A stretch of DNA of 64,000 nt from Rudaea sp. (GCF_047601565.1 NZ_JASGIY010000001.1:3126999-3190998), one strand, 5' to 3'. Numbered from the stretch's first letter, positions 29,595 to 41,102 are shown. Notes: generated by a model not told the origin, from the letters alone. Numbers and translations: made by a program.

Positions 29595-31968
29595 ATGAAC
29601 CGTCTCCCGGACATGGAATCCGTGGCCTCGCTGGATCTCTCGCGTCGCCGCTTCCTGCAGTGGAACGCATTGGCGGTCGCCGCCGGATTCTTGCATTTCC
29701 CTCGGGAGGCGGCTGCGTCCACGCCGGGCGCAGTCGCAGCGCTGCCGTTGCAGGCGGTCAAGCTCAAGCCGTCATTGTTCCTCGATTCGCTGCTGACCAA
29801 CCAGCGCTATTTGTTCGAACTGGAGCCGGATCGGCTGCTGTGCAACTTCCTCAAATACGCCGGTCTTGAGCCGAAGGGCGCGAGCTACGGCGGTTGGGAG
29901 GGAGACACCATTTCCGGGCACACGCTCGGGCATTACCTGAGCGCATTGTCCAAGCTGCATGCGCAGACTGGTGAAGCCGAAGCCGGGCACCGCATCGATT
30001 ACATCGTCGCCGAACTGGCGCGTGCGCAGGCCGCGGACAAGGATGGCTACGTCGGCGGCTTCACCCGCAAGAACGACAAGGGCGGGATCGAGAGCGGGAA
30101 GTTGGTCATGGAGGAACTGCGTCGCGGCATCATCAACGGCAGCGCGTTCAATCTCAACGGTAGCTGGTCGCCGCTATACACCCAACACAAGCTGTTTGCC
30201 GGGCTGCTCGATGCCAATGCCCTCGCCGGCAATCAGCAGGCGATGACGGTGCTGTTGCCGGTGGCCGGCTACTTCGCCGGTGTGTTCGATACACTGGATC
30301 ATGCACAGGTGCAGAAGTTGCTGGATACCGAATTCGGCGGCCTCAACGAATCCTACATCGAGCTTGGCGCGCGCACCGGCGATGCGCGCTGGATCGCCGT
30401 CGGCAAGCGCTTGCGCCACGAGAAGGTGATCGACCCGGCTGCCGCCGGCCACGACCGATTGCCGCACATCCATGCCAACACGCAGGTGCCGAAGTTCATC
30501 GGCGAGGCGCGCCAGTTCGAGGTCGCCGGCGATGCCGACGCCGCAGCAGCGGCACGCTTTTTCTGGGAAACGGTGACCACGCATTACAGCTACGTGATCG
30601 GCGGCAACGCCGACCGCGAGTATTTCCAGGAGCCGGACACGATCGCCAAGTTCCTGACCGAGCAGACCTGTGAGCACTGCAACAGCTACAACATGCTCAA
30701 GCTCACCCGCCACCTTTACCAGTGGACGCCACAGGCACGTTATTTCGATTACTACGAACGTACCCTGCACAACCATACAATGGCCGCGCAGCACCCGGCC
30801 ACCGGCATGTTCACTTACATGACGCCGATGATCGATGGCGGCGAACGCGACTGGTCGGACAAATTCGATTCGTTCTGGTGCTGCGTCGGCACCGGCATGG
30901 AAGCGCATGCGCAGTTCGGGGATTCGATCTATTTGGAGCGATGCGCAAACGTTGTATGTCAATCTCTATATCCCCTCGAAACTGGACTGGACCGAACGCG
31001 GACTGGCGTTGGAGCTGGACAGCGGCGTCCCGGACAACGGCAAGGTTCGCTTGTCGTTCTCTCGTGTCGGCAATGCTGCGCCGAAGCGACTCGCGCTGCG
31101 CGTGCCCGCTTGGTGCGAAGGCCGCTTCACGAATGGCAAGACGCAGGCCGTGCGCGTGGGAGACGGCGGTTATGCCGTACTCGAACGCAGTTGGAGGACC
31201 GGCGATGTGGTCGAGGTCGACTTCGCCACGCCGCTGCGGCTGGAACACGCGGCCGGTGACGAGAACACCGTGGTGGTAATGCGCGGTCCGCTGGCACTGG
31301 CTGCCGATCTTGGTTCTGTCGAGCAGGAATACGATGCGCCGGATCCGGCGCTGGTGGCCGATGACTCGCCGCTGGCGGGTTTCGGCGAGTTGCCGAAGCC
31401 GGGCACGTTCCTGGCTTCGACCACACGCCCGCCAGGCCTGACCTTCGTGCCGTTCCATGCGCAATATGATCGTCGCAGCGCGTTGTACTTCAAGCGCATG
31501 AATTCAGTTCAATGGGCGCAGGAATCGGAGCGGCTCAGGAAGGACAAGGCCGACTTCGACGCGATGCAGGCCAGTGCGGTGGACATGATCCAGTTCGGCG
31601 ACGAGGTTTCCGAGAAGGCACACGCACTGGGCAGCGATACCTCGTTCGGTGGCAAGTACCGCCGGCAAAAGTGCCGCGACGTGCGCGGCAAGGGCTTCGT
31701 CGAATTCCGCATGAAGGGCAGCGACCAACTGTTGGCGCTGCGTCTGCGTTTCTGGGGCAGCGACAAGGGCCGTTTCAATATTCTGGTCAACGGCAAGCTT
31801 GCGGTGGAAGTGCAGGTTGAGCGGGGACAGGTGATCGACTTTGTGAATCGCGATTACAAACTGCCGTACGAATTGACCCGCAGCCGCAAGGAACTGGTGT
31901 TCCGTTTCGAGCCGCAGCACGGCGACACCGCCGGGCCGTTTTTCGGCGGCTGGTTGGTTCCGGCTTGA
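29595..31968 (+). pseudogene. Tat-exported GH127 (beta-L-arabinofuranosidase-like) glycoside hydrolase, +1 frameshift near 30933
   Basis: SRRRFL Tat motif, YGGWE, EHCNSYNMLKL and WCCVGTG; TATTTGGAGC breaks the expected IY-WSD frame. Confidence 0.8.
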
Positions 31969-31985
31969 GCCGTCGTCTCCAATCG

Positions 31986-32441
31986 TTATCGGGGATGCAA
32001 TGCGGCGCGCGCGTGGGCCTTGATCGTTTGCAACATGGACGCGAGGCCGTTGCTGCGCGTCGGCGAGAGGTGTTTGGCGAGGCCGATCGCTTCGATGTAG
32101 CGCGGTTCGGTATCGAGGATTTCCTGCGCGGGGCGACCCGAGTAAACGCGCAGCAGCAGCGCGATCAGGCCGGAAACGATGGCCGAGTCGCTGATCGCCT
32201 GGAAGTCCAGCCGCTGCGCATCGCCGCCGGCGATGAGCCAGACCTGTGATTGGCAGCCCTGCACCTTGTGCTCCTCGGTCTTCAGCGCATCGGGGAACGG
32301 CGGCAGCTTGCGGCCGAGGTCGATCAGGTATTGATAACGCTCGGTCCAGTCGCCGAAGAAGGCGAATTCCTCGGCGATCGCATCCTGCGCGGCTTGCGCG
32401 TTCGGTTCGGCGGGAAGGCGGATGTCGGGCTTTGCGGTCAT
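31986..32441 (-). CDS. sufE: Fe-S sulfur acceptor SufE
   Basis: YQYLIDLG, VQGCQSQVW and SPTRSNGL. Confidence 0.92.
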   Translation of the reverse strand: MTAKPDIRLPAEPNAQAAQDAIAEEFAFFGDWTERYQYLIDLGRKLPPFPDALKTEEHKVQGCQSQVWLIAGGDAQRLDFQAISDSAIVSGLIALLLRVYSGRPAQEILDTEPRYIEAIGLAKHLSPTRSNGLASMLQTIKAHARAALHPR

Positions 32442-32451
32442 GGCGACGGCT

Positions 32452-33846
32452 TCACGCGGCGCGCTTCCAGCGCGGCCCTTGCGGCGTGTCTTCGACGACG
32501 ATGCCGAGCTCGAGCAATTGCGCGCGCAGGCGATCGGCTTCGGTGAAATTCTTCGCTTTCTTCGCTGCCTGACGCGCGTCGACGAGCTGTTGGACCTGTG
32601 CCTCGTCGAGCGAGGAATCCGCGGTGGCGCCCTGGAACCACGACTCGGGATCTGCTTGCAGCAGGCCGAGGAAATTTCCCGCGGCGAGCAGCGCATCGAC
32701 CGCTGCGTCGCGCGCTTCCGGCGTCTGCGCCTTGCGTGCCGCATCGGCAAGCCGCGACAGAATCGCCAGAGCTTCGGGCGTATTCAGATCGTCCATCAAG
32801 GCGGCAAGGAATTCTTCGGGCAATTCATGCGCGGCGGATGCACCGCTTTTCCGGGCCCCGGCATGCAAATCGCGCAACGTCGTATACCACCCGTCCAGCG
32901 TGCGCCGCGCCTGTTCGAGCGCCGAGGCCGACCAGTCGAGCGGCTGGCGGTAGTGCGCCTTCATCAGCATGTAGCGCAGCAGTTCGGCCGGATGCTGTTC
33001 GAGCAGCTCGTGCAGCCTGAAGGTGTTGCCGAGCGATTTCGACATCTTCCTGCCTTCGAGGCTGAGCATGCCGTTGTGCAGCCAGTAGCGCGCGAAGATT
33101 TTGCCGCCGTGCGCGCAGGTCGATTGCGCGACTTCGTTTTCGTGGTGCGGGAATAGCAGGTCGTTGCCGCCGGCGTGGATGTCGATGGTCTCGCCGAGAT
33201 GCGCCTCGCTCATCGCCGAGCATTCGATGTGCCAGCCCGGCCGGCCGCGGCCCCAGGGGCTGTCCCAGCCGGGCAACTCGGGCGTCGAGGGCTTCCACAG
33301 CACGAAGTCGGCGGGATTTTTCTTGTACGGCGCGACTTCGACGCGCGCGCCGGCGATCATTTCATCAGTGGAGCGGCCGGACAATTTGCCGTAGTCGGGA
33401 AACGAGGCGACGTCGAACAGCACATGACCCTCCGCCGCGTAGGCGTGGCCGCTCGCGATCAGCTGCTCGATCATCGCGATGATGTGCGAGATATGCGCCG
33501 TCGCATGCGGTTCCACGTCGGGCGCATCGACGCCGAGCCTGGCCATGTCGGCGCGAAAGTCGGCGGCGTAGCGGTCGGTGATCGTCGCGATCGGCACGCC
33601 GGCCTCGGCGGCGGCGGCGTTGATCTTGTCGTCAACGTCGGTGATGTTGCGCGCATAGATCACGTTCGGATAAAGCCGCCGCAGCAGGCGCGCGAGCAGG
33701 CCGAAAACCACGTAGGGCCGCGCATTGCCGATGTGCACGTAGTTGTAGACGGTCGGCCCGCAGACGTACATGGTCACGCGATTCGGATCGAGCGGGACGA
33801 AGTCTTCGACGCGGCGGGTCAGGGAGTTGTGCAGGCGCAGTTTCAT
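32452..33846 (-). CDS. cysS: Cysteine-tRNA ligase
   Basis: [19 protein letters not shown] and KMSKS. Confidence 0.97.
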   Translation of the reverse strand: MKLRLHNSLTRRVEDFVPLDPNRVTMYVCGPTVYNYVHIGNARPYVVFGLLARLLRRLYPNVIYARNITDVDDKINAAAAEAGVPIATITDRYAADFRADMARLGVDAPDVEPHATAHISHIIAMIEQLIASGHAYAAEGHVLFDVASFPDYGKLSGRSTDEMIAGARVEVAPYKKNPADFVLWKPSTPELPGWDSPWGRGRPGWHIECSAMSEAHLGETIDIHAGGNDLLFPHHENEVAQSTCAHGGKIFARYWLHNGMLSLEGRKMSKSLGNTFRLHELLEQHPAELLRYMLMKAHYRQPLDWSASALEQARRTLDGWYTTLRDLHAGARKSGASAAHELPEEFLAALMDDLNTPEALAILSRLADAARKAQTPEARDAAVDALLAAGNFLGLLQADPESWFQGATADSSLDEAQVQQLVDARQAAKKAKNFTEADRLRAQLLELGIVVEDTPQGPRWKRAA

Positions 33847-34092
33847 GCGCGGATTGTAGCGCAACCGCCTCGTATTCAGGTTCGGAAATGGGGCTAAACC
33901 CTTGGCCGAACGCCGTTTCGCGGGGAGTTTTCCTTAGTCCGCATTCAGCCTGCCCATGCTGTAATGCAGCCTAGTTAAACGCATCGCGCGATGCTTGCCG
34001 GGGGGAACCGGCGGCGCGTATCCGATGCGAATTCGCCGGTTCGGCTTCGCGGGTGCGAATGATCAAACCGTGCCGTTTGGAGTCGCCACAAG

Positions 34093-34740
34093 ATGAAGCT
34101 GTCCGGCATCCTCGCTGTGAGCATGCTGCTGTTTGCGGGTTTCTGCCACGCGCAGGACCGCGCACCTGCACACCCGCCGCCGATCGCGGCGGAAGCGACC
34201 CGCTATGGCTGGGCCGACGTGTTGCGCGTGGATCCGGTCTACGAAACGCCGCCCGATGCCGCCGAACAGACCGGCGAGGAAAACCCGCCGCCGCAACCCG
34301 ATTGCGCCGATACGTCTGCGCCGCCGCCGCAAGAGAACGATCAAGCCGATCACCGCGCCGCCGGCACGGTGATCGGGGCATTGATCGGTGGCGTGATCGG
34401 TCACGCGTTCGGCCACGGCGACGGCGGCAACAAGGCGTCGACCGCGGCGGGCGCGGTCGCCGGCGGCGTCGCCGGCAACCGCATCGCCGCCGCACAGGAT
34501 CAGGCCGCCAATGCCGGCGCGGCGCAGCAGGCCGACGCCGAACGCGACGCCGTCAGCGCCTCGCTGCGCGACTGCCGCGATCCGCAGCGCGGCACGCTGC
34601 GCCATTCCTCGCAGCCCGAGCGCCGCATCGTCGGCTACGACGTCGAGTACCGCTACAAGGGCGAGATCTACATGGCGCGCCTGCCGTTCGATCCGGGCGA
34701 CCGCATGCGCGTGAAGATCACCGTGGTGCCGGTCGAATAG
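34093..34740 (+). CDS. Glycine-zipper 2TM exported protein
   Basis: GTVIGALIGGVIGH...GAVAGGVAGN; C-terminal GYDVEYRYKG. Confidence 0.8.
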   Translation: MKLSGILAVSMLLFAGFCHAQDRAPAHPPPIAAEATRYGWADVLRVDPVYETPPDAAEQTGEENPPPQPDCADTSAPPPQENDQADHRAAGTVIGALIGGVIGHAFGHGDGGNKASTAAGAVAGGVAGNRIAAAQDQAANAGAAQQADAERDAVSASLRDCRDPQRGTLRHSSQPERRIVGYDVEYRYKGEIYMARLPFDPGDRMRVKITVVPVE

Positions 34741-34853
34741 GTCTCGTCGTTTCCGACAAAAGGTTGCGCGCCAGACCCTGGGCGACTATCATACGCGGCT
34801 CGCTGCGGAAGTGCGCTGATCGCGCATCCCGGTAACGCAGCCGAGACCCGAAT

Positions 34854-34930
<77 letters not shown>

Positions 34931-34977
34931 ACAAAAACAATAGCTTACGTGTTTTCGCCTTAATAGCCATGCCGCGC

Positions 34978-35002
34978 GTAAGTGCACTGTAAGTGCGGTA
35001 AG
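34978..35002. repeat. GTAAGTGC repeats (arm-type sites, left end of element 2)
   Basis: Copies at 34978 and 34989; the same motif occurs at 43522, 43547 and 43558. Confidence 0.7.
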
Positions 35003-35170
35003 AAACCGCATATAGCCTGTCAAGGTCGGCGTGCGCCGACGCGGGGCTCACGAAAAGCAAACCCCCGCATTTCGCGGGGGCTCGATCGAATCGCTGCCGC
35101 TGGAATCTTGGGGTCGTCAGCTTCGATTGCCGGGGTTGTTGCGGACACTGGCCGGCTTGTCCGGCCGTAC

Positions 35171-37057
35171 TCAGGATGCCGACAAAGTCGCCTTGACGAT
35201 GCCGCGAAAATCCGTGAAGCCCGCCGCGAAGGCGTGTCGTACTTTCCAACTCAGAGCGTCTTGCCGCGGCTCGATGATTTCCTCGAAACTTGGAGAGTCG
35301 TCGACAATCGCGATTTCGCCCGTGCCGATCGCCTCCGAATCCGCGACGAGATAGAACACGTCGGGATCGCTCAGGCGTGGTTCGGCGATGACAGTGAGGG
35401 CGGACAGCCAAGCGGGCGTTGCGGCTTCGGCGCCAGCAATCGCCGTGTGCGTGGTCGAACTGGCAACGAGGATTTCCGCCTCGGTCTCGCGTTCGGGCGC
35501 AACGATCAGCGTGCGCGGCGTCAGGTTCAGCAGACCGCCCCCGACGTTGACCTGTCGACGCAGCTTCGCGCGTGCCGCCCCGAGTGCCGCCGCAGTCAGT
35601 GGCTTGCCTGTGCCAGTGACGGCAGTGACTGTATTGTTCCTCGTCGAGTCGAACAATGCGATGCCATCCGCCAAATTCGGACCCGCCAGAGAAGCCGACT
35701 TGAGAGAGCCATAAATCGAATCGGCTTCAACGCGCATCGCAGCCTGCCCGAGGCTACGGCCAAGGCCCACGAATGCCCCCAGGTTATCGGCGAGCGTGCT
35801 TTCCCAGGAAAGGGACACGATGCGACCGAATTTCACGGGCACGAGTGTGGTCTTGTCTTCGGCCAAAACACCGTTTGTGTACTCCCCAAGTTCGGCAACC
35901 TGCTCCAGGTCGGGAGCGCTGCCAAGAATCACGCGCGACTGTGCGCGGAAATCACTGGCCGCCGACACAACACACCATTGGCGATGCGTTGCCTGCTCGT
36001 TCTCCATGCCGTTCCGCAGTGCCTTGTTCAAGGTGTCGCCCAGCAGCGCGGGAAAGTCGCTCGTGCTCATCGCTGCCCGAAATACCGCGTGCGGCAATTC
36101 GCCAACGTGCGTTCTGCCGCTTTGACTCAGGCAGGCGCGCGCCATGTCCAGCACCGTCATGCCGCGCAAATCGCGCGCCGCGGCGTGTGGCTTGCGCAAC
36201 GTCAACCCTGCGCGCAACAGAAGCGCATCGCTCGCGGCTTGGATGAAGTCGCGCGACCGGCCAACGCGCGGCCACTCGGTGACGTCCATGCTGCGGTGGT
36301 TGAGATGGCCGCCTGCGGCGCGATCGGCCGCCGCAAGCAAGTTGAGCAAGTTCGTCCGGAAATCTTCGACGGCCACGCCATCGGCGATGGCTTGCAGTGC
36401 GATATCGTCGACGTTCGCGACGTTGCTGCGATAGCGCGCCGCAAGGGCTTGAATAGCGGCCCCGCGCGAACGCTCAGCGGAAACTTCCGGTGATGCGTTC
36501 GCGGTGAGCGCCGGCGCGGGTGCTGCCGCGGGTGCTTCGACAGCGGTAGTGTTTTGGTCGGTCATGGTGATACTCCTGTAGAGGCTTGCGCCGGGATCGG
36601 CGGGAACGGAAACGACGCTGGTCTCGAACGGCTCCCAGCGAGTGACGAGAACGGCCGGGCCGCCCTCATATGCGATGGCGGATTGTTCGTGCGCGACATA
36701 CCCGACTGACAGGCTCCGCACGATGCCCGCACGAATGTCCGGCCACAATTCGCACGCGCGGGCACTCTGGCCTAGCACGACGTCACCACGCAGGGCAGCG
36801 CCGTCCAAGCGCAGGTTTTCCACAATGCCGATGTTCAGCGCCCCGGCATCGTGCTGCTCGAGCAGCGGCAACGGGGCACGCGCTAAGTCGACGGCATCGG
36901 GCGTGTGCGCCAGAATTTCCAGATACCCGTCGCGTGCCACGGGATATTCCGTGGAGATAATGGCGGGGATTCGCTGCGCCACGTCATCGCCAGCCGCCGT
37001 GTCCAGAGTCAGCGTGCGGTGAAGCAATGCGGGCCGGTGCGCTTGGTTCGTGCTCAT
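35171..37057 (-). CDS. Prohead protease-major capsid protein fusion
   Basis: N-terminal PLLEQHD...RSLSVGY...ETSVVSVPAD protease; capsid part with STSDFPALLGD and FGRIVSLSWE. Confidence 0.82.
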   Translation of the reverse strand: MSTNQAHRPALLHRTLTLDTAAGDDVAQRIPAIISTEYPVARDGYLEILAHTPDAVDLARAPLPLLEQHDAGALNIGIVENLRLDGAALRGDVVLGQSARACELWPDIRAGIVRSLSVGYVAHEQSAIAYEGGPAVLVTRWEPFETSVVSVPADPGASLYRSITMTDQNTTAVEAPAAAPAPALTANASPEVSAERSRGAAIQALAARYRSNVANVDDIALQAIADGVAVEDFRTNLLNLLAAADRAAGGHLNHRSMDVTEWPRVGRSRDFIQAASDALLLRAGLTLRKPHAAARDLRGMTVLDMARACLSQSGRTHVGELPHAVFRAAMSTSDFPALLGDTLNKALRNGMENEQATHRQWCVVSAASDFRAQSRVILGSAPDLEQVAELGEYTNGVLAEDKTTLVPVKFGRIVSLSWESTLADNLGAFVGLGRSLGQAAMRVEADSIYGSLKSASLAGPNLADGIALFDSTRNNTVTAVTGTGKPLTAAALGAARAKLRRQVNVGGGLLNLTPRTLIVAPERETEAEILVASSTTHTAIAGAEAATPAWLSALTVIAEPRLSDPDVFYLVADSEAIGTGEIAIVDDSPSFEEIIEPRQDALSWKVRHAFAAGFTDFRGIVKATLSAS

Positions 37058-37472
37058 GCTCGAACTGTGCGCCGGAAGAATTGGCAATGTGTAGGCTTTC
37101 GACTGCCAACTTTCCCGCTGACGACGAGGCGAGGATTTCCCGCAATTGGCGATCGGCTGGAATCGGCCACAGCCCGCGAGCGTGGAGCACCAGGCCTCCC
37201 GCCAGGCCAAGCCTGCGCGGCGCTTGGCCGCGGGCGGACAACCGCGAGAGCATCGCATCGATGCGCAGGATTTCATGGGCACGCGTCCGGATTGTGCCGC
37301 CGATCAGCCGCCCGGCCGCGCACAGGTTCGCATCGCGTTGCTGGCGCAACCCGGCGCCGCCGGAAAGCGAAGCTATCCGCTCGATGGTCCATACGCCGAC
37401 ATCCAACGGAAGTGGCTGGCGGCCTTCGACGTGCGCGCGAAGGCGTGCGAGCATGGAATCGAATTCGCCCAT
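36984..37472 (-). CDS. Hypothetical satellite protein
   Basis: 162 aa ORF co-oriented with and directly upstream of the capsid gene. Confidence 0.5.
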   Translation of the reverse strand: MGEFDSMLARLRAHVEGRQPLPLDVGVWTIERIASLSGGAGLRQQRDANLCAAGRLIGGTIRTRAHEILRIDAMLSRLSARGQAPRRLGLAGGLVLHARGLWPIPADRQLREILASSSAGKLAVESLHIANSSGAQFEHEHEPSAPARIASPHADSGHGGWR

Positions 37473-37772
37473 TCAGTGCGATAGCATTCCGGTGCGCTTG
37501 GCGCCGATTGCATCAAGCCACGTCCGTAAATCCGCGCCATCCAGCAGTGCAATGCCGGCCCCGGCAAGAATGCTGACGAGAAGGTCGGGAGTGATTGGAC
37601 AATACATCGACCAGACGCAATCCGGGATGCGGTAGAACGCGCCGCAGCGATTGACTGGGCAGTATGTGATAAGCGTGTTTCCGTCCGCGCTGCGAATCGT
37701 GCGCGCCGGGCTCACCAGTGTTTCATGGCTTGGCGCCTTCGGTTCGTAGATTTTCATCGTTTGGTCAGACAT
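37473..37772 (-). CDS. Hypothetical protein
   Basis: 99 aa with a GGAGG RBS. Confidence 0.55.
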   Translation of the reverse strand: MSDQTMKIYEPKAPSHETLVSPARTIRSADGNTLITYCPVNRCGAFYRIPDCVWSMYCPITPDLLVSILAGAGIALLDGADLRTWLDAIGAKRTGMLSH

Positions 37773-38039
37773 TTTGTTTCCTCCAATTCAGTGCACGCCC
37801 GCGCCCGCGTTGTTGAAGTGGAAAGCACGCAAAATGCTCGACGCCAAGCTCTCCGGCGTGATGCTCGACGAAAACCAGCATGCGCCAATCCCGGAATCGA
37901 AGACAGATATAACCCCCTGGGCGCCAATCCGTGACTGCGGACAGAATGAGGTCGTCTTCCCCGCAACCTCCGCCGCCGAAAAGGACCCGTCCCGCACCAA
38001 GGCCGCCCGCGTCCAATTCCACCGCGACCTCGCCGAGGC

Positions 38040-38251
38040 TGTGACTGACCGCTTGTGACGACTTGTTCCAGCACAGAAGGGATATTTCCTTGCGCGCGCG
38101 GGGGCGCACGCCCGTCCATGCGTGCGGGTGCGCACACGTAAGGAAATGGGCAAAAATGCCGTCACATCCTGTACAAGCCCCATGGCACAAGGGTTTGCGG
38201 CCTGTTTTGCTGTCGTCACAGCATCCGTCACAGCCATCACAGCCGTCACAG
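38040..38251. repeat. GTCACAG iteron-like array (putative origin of element 2)
   Basis: Copies at 38161, 38215, 38227, 38236 and 38245; inverted TGTGAC copies at 38040-38060. Confidence 0.6.
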
Positions 38252-38272
38252 GATAGATTGGCCGCCCGGCGA

Positions 38273-40576
38273 TCATGCCGCCTCCGCAAGATATTGTTCG
38301 GAGGCGGTCTGCCAAGCCTCGACGCACTCTCCCAGCCATATCGTTTCCTGAGCGCCGGGCGGCATCCGATGCGCATCGAACAGCACGATCGAACGCATGG
38401 TATGCGCCGCGCGGGCGACGTATCGCTTGCGCTGCACTTCGATACGATGCCGGCGCCTCAGCACGGCGCGCGTCTTCGGCAGCGTCGTCGACCGCAAGCC
38501 GTTCTGTGCGCAGAATGCTTTGTATACTTTGTACACTTCTTCCATCGGCGCCGGAACCAGCTTGAGCGCCCCGAGTTCCTGCGCTTGCAGCGCGTAGTAG
38601 AAGCGCGAAACGGTGTCCAGAGAGTCGTCGACCAGGTCGGCCTTCGCGTTCGTGTACGGCGGTGGCGTCGCTTCGTTGAAGTCGCCGAGGTCGAGGGTCA
38701 GCAGGTAGTCGTGCAAGGCCTCGACGCCGCCGGCTTGAATCTCCGCGGCGACCTCGCGGTAAAACTGCGGCTCGCGCTTCTCTGGCGTGAAGATCACGCA
38801 ATGCCGGCGGTCGTCCTCGTCGATCGCAACGGGTGTGCCTTCGTTCGACAGGAACACCATGTTCACGTGGTTGCGCTCGACGTAGGCCGGCATGCCCTTG
38901 GGATTGATGCGGATGGTCGATCCGGTGATGAAGGCCTTCAGCCGGTTCTTGACGTGAAACACCTCGGTTCGTGCGATGACCTCGTCCGCGATCAGGAACA
39001 GCATGCGCGAAGCCCAATCGTTGAACTTGTCCTCGATCGCGAGCTGGTCGAGCACGCGCCCATAAGGGCCGTAGATCGATAGCACGGCCTCGAAGAAAAG
39101 GTTCTTGCCGGTACCCTGCGGGCCGTGCACGACGAGTGCGGTTTTCATCTTCGCGCCCGGATGTTGAATCGGGAACGCGAGCCAGCGCAGCACCCATGCG
39201 AAGAGGTCATTCGGCCGCAAGTCGCCGCTGGTCATGTGCCGCAGCACGTCGAGCAGCTTTTCGCAGGCCCCTGCGTGCGGCGACGTCGGCCAGCCTGCCC
39301 ACAGGTTGCAGGTGATGGCGGCATCGTGGCCGGTCGGATCGAAGCCGACCTCTTCGGGGCGCACCATCTTCCGCTCGGGCGATTCCATCCAACTGCGGAA
39401 AAGCTCGCGATGCGCGCAGGCGTCGCGCAGATCGGAAAGCGCAAGGCGTCGGCGCTGCGCATGATCGAAGGCGATGCCTTGGCCGCCGTAGACCAACGAG
39501 AACCGCGGCAGCAACTCGTCGACCGTCTGGAACGGTCGCATCGCATCATCGGCGCCGGCCTTCGCCTTGACCATCAAGGTCTGCGACCATTTCAGTGCGG
39601 CAAGCTTGGCATAGATCTGGACGCGCACGGCTTGCAGGCCTTCGGCCAGGTGCAAATCGTTGAAGTCGGTCAGCTTGACCTTGCGCTTGTCGAACGCCTC
39701 GCGTCGCGCCGCCTCGTCGGCGAAGATCGGCTTGATCCAAGCGCCGCCCGACTCCGCGGCGGCGGTGCTGGCTGCGGTAACGCCCGGATTGCCTTCGGTG
39801 AAAGCGTCGTCGTCAGCGCAGATCAGCAGGCGCACGTTCCGATATCGCTTGCGCAAGGCGGCGGTGACCGGCGCCAGATTGCCTGCGTCGAAGGCGACGG
39901 CCGTCGGAATCTGCGTCGCCTCGTACAGGCTCGCCGCGGTCGCGTAGCCTTCGGCGATCAGGACCAAGCCGCCCGGCGCCGGCATGCCGAGAAGATGGAA
40001 GCGTTCTTTTTTCACCAAGCCGCGCGGCCAGAATTCTTTTTCGGGCCGATGGTCCGCCTTCGCCCGCTTGCGCGACCGGATCACTTGCAGACCCCAAATT
40101 TTCCCGTGCACGTCGAGCATCGGCACGACGAGCGCGCCGGACGGAGAGAATCGCACGCCATGCGCGCCGATGCCCTTGCGCGCCAAGTATTCGCTGTCGC
40201 CGGACTCGCTGCACTTTGTCCATGCCGCGCGTGCGCGCTCCGCGGCGCGCTTGGCCTCGCCGGCGCGGACGCGTTCGGCGGCTTCGCGATCCTCACGCGT
40301 CCGCGCCTTGATCGCCGCGCGTTGTTCCTGCGTCAAATCGAACTTCTTCAGTTCGATTTTCTGCGCGCCGTTGTCGGCCCCATGCCAGACGCCGAACGAG
40401 CCGAAAATCAGCGTGTCGCCGCGCGACGTGACGACCTCATGCAGCGAGTACCAGCCGCGCCGCTCGCGGTCGCCCTCGACCTTGCAACGCACGAGCCGGC
40501 CGGTTTCGAGTGTGTCGACGAGCAGGCCGGCGCCGCGCAACTGGTCGAGCACGCTGGCATGGTTCGCCGCCGTCAT
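38273..40576 (-). CDS. Toprim primase fused to an SF3-type (DUF5906-like) helicase
   Basis: IAEGYATA, ICADDD, TDFNDL; Walker A GPQGTGKN and LIADE. Confidence 0.88.
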   Translation of the reverse strand: MTAANHASVLDQLRGAGLLVDTLETGRLVRCKVEGDRERRGWYSLHEVVTSRGDTLIFGSFGVWHGADNGAQKIELKKFDLTQEQRAAIKARTREDREAAERVRAGEAKRAAERARAAWTKCSESGDSEYLARKGIGAHGVRFSPSGALVVPMLDVHGKIWGLQVIRSRKRAKADHRPEKEFWPRGLVKKERFHLLGMPAPGGLVLIAEGYATAASLYEATQIPTAVAFDAGNLAPVTAALRKRYRNVRLLICADDDAFTEGNPGVTAASTAAAESGGAWIKPIFADEAARREAFDKRKVKLTDFNDLHLAEGLQAVRVQIYAKLAALKWSQTLMVKAKAGADDAMRPFQTVDELLPRFSLVYGGQGIAFDHAQRRRLALSDLRDACAHRELFRSWMESPERKMVRPEEVGFDPTGHDAAITCNLWAGWPTSPHAGACEKLLDVLRHMTSGDLRPNDLFAWVLRWLAFPIQHPGAKMKTALVVHGPQGTGKNLFFEAVLSIYGPYGRVLDQLAIEDKFNDWASRMLFLIADEVIARTEVFHVKNRLKAFITGSTIRINPKGMPAYVERNHVNMVFLSNEGTPVAIDEDDRRHCVIFTPEKREPQFYREVAAEIQAGGVEALHDYLLTLDLGDFNEATPPPYTNAKADLVDDSLDTVSRFYYALQAQELGALKLVPAPMEEVYKVYKAFCAQNGLRSTTLPKTRAVLRRRHRIEVQRKRYVARAAHTMRSIVLFDAHRMPPGAQETIWLGECVEAWQTASEQYLAEAA

Positions 40577-40721
40577 TTCACTAACTCCGGGCCGCACTGA
40601 CTACGCGGAAAATGCGGCTTTTTTACCCGCGAGGGTACTCGCCAAAAAGAACCTAAGCGCCGGCTAACTGAAATGGAAACTGCGCGTCGTCGCGTCGGCT
40701 TTGCAATCGCGGGGAGCGGGG

Positions 40722-41102
40722 TCATGCCATCGGTTCCGCTTCATCAAGTTCGATGCCAGCGGACAAATCGCGCAGGCAATCGGCGCGTTTTTCGAGTAGC
40801 GTCAGCGGCTCGTCAAGATCGGCCGCGGCTTTGCGGCCCAAGTAACTCATGCATTCGGCCAAGCGCTCGATGCGGTCGGTGAGCGCCGCACATTCCGGAC
40901 TGTCGCAACTGCCAGTACCATGCACCCGCTGCGCAGCGTCGCAAATGCTGTCCGCGATGGCGGCTGTCCAGTTGACCAGCCCAATCGTTGCGCGCAGATC
41001 GTCGCACGCGCGATCCATGACGCGCGCGGCCATTACGATAGCGCCGCCTTTGAGGTCGTCGTTCGTGGTTGGCGCATGTGCGCCAGTCGTGGTAAATTTC
41101 AT
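40722..41102 (-). CDS. Hypothetical protein
   Basis: Preceded by the hairpin AAGCCCGCGCA...TGCGCGGGCTT and a GGAG RBS. Confidence 0.5.
   Translation of the reverse strand: MKFTTTGAHAPTTNDDLKGGAIVMAARVMDRACDDLRATIGLVNWTAAIADSICDAAQRVHGTGSCDSPECAALTDRIERLAECMSYLGRKAAADLDEPLTLLEKRADCLRDLSAGIELDEAEPMA

Noticed and set aside
30835-31968. Independent gene downstream of GH127
   Set aside because: It is the frameshifted C-terminal half of the same protein
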